From Macrostomum lignano (Eukaryota): a stretch of 64,000 nucleotides of DNA. Under the pieces are notes generated by a model, which saw only the letters and a program-made list of their open reading frames with translations, was not told the origin of the DNA and did no database searches. The stretch spans positions 34,060 to 98,059 of the forward strand of contig NIVC01001034.1 of assembly GCA_002269645.1 (NCBI GenBank). Reading direction: 5' to 3'. This document shows positions 61,073 to 64,000 of the stretch, piece by piece. The position numbers and the translations under genes were made by a program. How positions within the stretch are numbered: the first letter of the stretch is position 1; the number at the start of each line of letters is the position of its first letter.

Positions 61073-64000
61073 TATGAGCTTTGACGTTATTGAGTCTCAG
61101 TGATAAGACACTCGTACCCTAACGTATATTCGTGTCGAAGATCTACGGATTATAAAGATTTAAAAATATTTTGTCCTTACAGTCACATCTGTTCAGACTG
61201 AATAAGGCTGCATAAAATGTAAACTTTTACATCTTTATAATGTAAAAGTACACTACTGTTGATAAAAATCGCATTATCCTGTTGTCGGTAATTCTTCATC
61301 AAACTAAATTAGCTCTTACATGTAACTCACAATTATAACGTTACCAACTCAATGGTGGGAGTGTTTAAAATTAATTGGTGAAAAACTTTTATTAGCCAAG
61401 TAAAATCTATCGACACTATAAAAGTAGAACTTCCGTACGTGATTGTTACTGGCAAGCTCTGTCATTTTATTATTATAAATTTGCATTAAAAATTGTTCTC
61501 ATATTGTTTAACTTTTTTTAACTTTTTATCAATATATATATGAGCTAGGTCCAATGTGAACCACTGAAAAATCATCAGTTTTCCTGATGATGTCCACTTA
61601 CGATTTGCGTTGGTAAACGATTTTGAAAGAAGCAAGAACTGCATGTTTTTGACGTTCTGTTTTTAATACTCTACTTTTGTCGAGCAACGTAGTACACTCC
61701 GCAAGCCTACTTTAAGTAGTACTAAGGACCACTATAAGTAACGGTGTTTCAACGTCAACATTTAGTGATCCAAAATGTATTTGCATACGGAGCAAAAAGG
61801 TCTAAAGTTTTGCAAAAAAACGTTTGACATACTTTGCAGTCGTACATGAAGTATATATATAAAGTCTGTATTTGACTAATGCAATGACTAAATTTTCTAC
61901 GCTATAAATTATTCTATCCCGTTTCTACTTAATAAAAGCAAGCTATATATTACCAGTGCTCCGCTAGCACTATGAATCGTAAAATTTTATATTAAGAGCA
62001 ACGCCATACAAGTCCAAATTATGCATACGATATGTAAAATGATGTTTTAGCCCACGACGCAGGTAAGCGACATTTTATAAATAAGATATAAAATTATATT
62101 CTGACTTTTAAAACTGTGCTTAGTAAGTAATTAAAATTAGTAGCGTAAAAAGTAGAAGCTAAAATGTTTTTGTTTACATGTTTTGTTTCACTGCGTTGAA
62201 TGTAAGAGTTTTTTTTAAATGCTCGTGCCAACAGCTTGTTAAGGTTATAAATATGAATATAAATTAATTATTTGGAAATTGAGATGTTACAAGCGATAGC
62301 GAAGAGCTTGTTAAATGTTAGGCCTATGCTCAGATACAATTCAAATCTTCCACCCGAAACCGGTGGTCATTTTTTCTCAATCTCACCCCATCACTGTGTC
62401 CGTGTTTGTGATAAAATTTGTTCACAAGGCAAGCCGGCCCTAGCTTAGGCCTAACTTAGCCAGTTAGGCCCTAGCCTTAGGTTAGGGCAGGGGCTAGGGC
62501 TAGGGCTAGGCTAGCCGCTAGCTCTAGCCTGGTGAAGACCAAGGAACTGTGGAGAGTTTTTACTAGAGTTTGATTGAAGCCACCCACTTGTTTGGAGGTG
62601 GAAACTTGAAATTTTGCTTAGGCCCCTACTAATAGTTGTACTGAACACTGATGTTTCATCCCTATTCCCTATATGTCAATATGGTATAACATACATATAA
62701 CTATAACTAATGTATGTGTAATGTATAGTCTAAGTCTAAATAATGAATTACAGGTAAACCATGAAATTTGTCATTTACTACCCATATTCCTCCAAAATCA
62801 ATCTACCATGAGCTACCATATTAGGATATGATGGCCATAGGGCCTAATTAGGACATTTTTGTTCCCTTGCTTCCATCCCTGTTTGGCCACTTTTAATGCC
62901 CTTTAAGAAACTTTTTGGCCCTTTTTGCACTTGCTACTAGCATTTTTGAACTTTATTTTTTGACAAAAATATATATTTGAGTTCTCTTAGATCAATTCAG
63001 CTCTTGGATCAAAAGATGGAAAAAACTTATAAAGTCAGAACAAGAAGGCCAACAATGGATAGTGCTTTTTTCCCAAAACTCTGGGACCACTTTGTCTTAG
63101 CCAGCTTATATGTATTTTTATAAATGTCATATTCATTTATAAATGTCATAGGGTTAGTGTTAGGGATAATTATTGTTGTTTTCCAATGATGACTAAATGG
63201 CAAACAAACTAATATTTAAAAAATACACAAAATCAAACAGCATTCTTTCATTATAGAAGACCCAAAAATGCGTGACTTTCGTAATGGAAGACCCATGGAA
63301 AAGGGGAAGAAATCAATAAAAAAACGAGCATTCATCTCTGCCTAGCTTCAGGGTGCCGACGGAAGCCTTGAACCATTCGCACATGATGTCACGCGAGTAA
63401 TTGGACAGTGGCCTCACTCTCTAGTTGGTACATCGTCATCAGCGACCTACATAGGATAAATATGGATGAAAGATACTTGTACGAGTACGAAAGATTCAGA
63501 AACGCATGAAAGCAGCGTGCGTATGCACCCCCCCTCACCTTCAAAAAAGAAGACCCAACTCATTTCACCTAAATATTTACAACACGGAGGTCTTGCATTA
63601 CGAAAGTAAGAGACCTTTATGTTAAACTTACTTCTGCGGAACTTACTTCTGTGGTCTTACTCTAGAGTCTAGACCACAATAGATTGCTTTTCTTCCATAT
63701 CCCCTACTTTCGTTTCAAAAGACCTTTAATGGATGCTTAAAATTGTCAGTCTTTTAAAACGAAACTGTATATATCAGACGTTCATAGGAAATGTACCCAA
63801 AGGCTGACACAGGAAAACAAAATCATCTAAACCCTACGTTTCTGCAGCTTTTGTTGCTGCCACCCCTATTACCTTCGTTTTGGAAGACCTTCAATAAAAT
63901 AGTAGCTTGACGGTCTTCTAAAATGAAACTGTAATATAAACTGCAATAAAGGCACACAAAGTCATTAAGAAAAACAAACAAAATAATAGACAACAATATG

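Noticed and set aside
62440-62530. Telomere-like TTAGGG/CTAGGG tract
   Set aside because: Only one exact TTAGGG; a degenerate low-complexity sequence.

Overview
Eukaryotic (spliceosomal, animal) DNA. It is most likely from a flatworm, probably a free-living Macrostomum-like species; this is inferred from a TAL-family gene, GC-rich exons and minisatellite-filled introns. Eight protein genes can be built by hand from GT-AG exons with consistent phases: a GAB/DOS PH-domain adaptor (+), hnRNP K (+), an intronless IER2/IER5-like gene (-), two tandem stomatin paralogues (+), a peptide-type class A GPCR with degenerate activation motifs (-), an EF-hand/dynein-light-chain TAL protein (+) and an SH2-tailed unconventional myosin (+, class XXVIII-like). 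Between and inside them are about 20 different micro/minisatellite arrays, a non-autonomous DNA transposon with an 8-bp TSD, two copies of a long-TIR MITE, four copies of a tRNA-headed SINE family and decayed retroelement fragments. The most notable signals are the SH2-myosin with a C-terminal YEEL, RFX X-boxes upstream of both stomatins, the GPCR lacking DRY, Y5.58 and Y7.53, a 41-bp tandem repeat whose unit looks like a complete GT-AG micro-intron, and sharply CpG-depleted blocks. Protein-family comparisons are from memory and no database search was run. Repeat boundaries are approximate.
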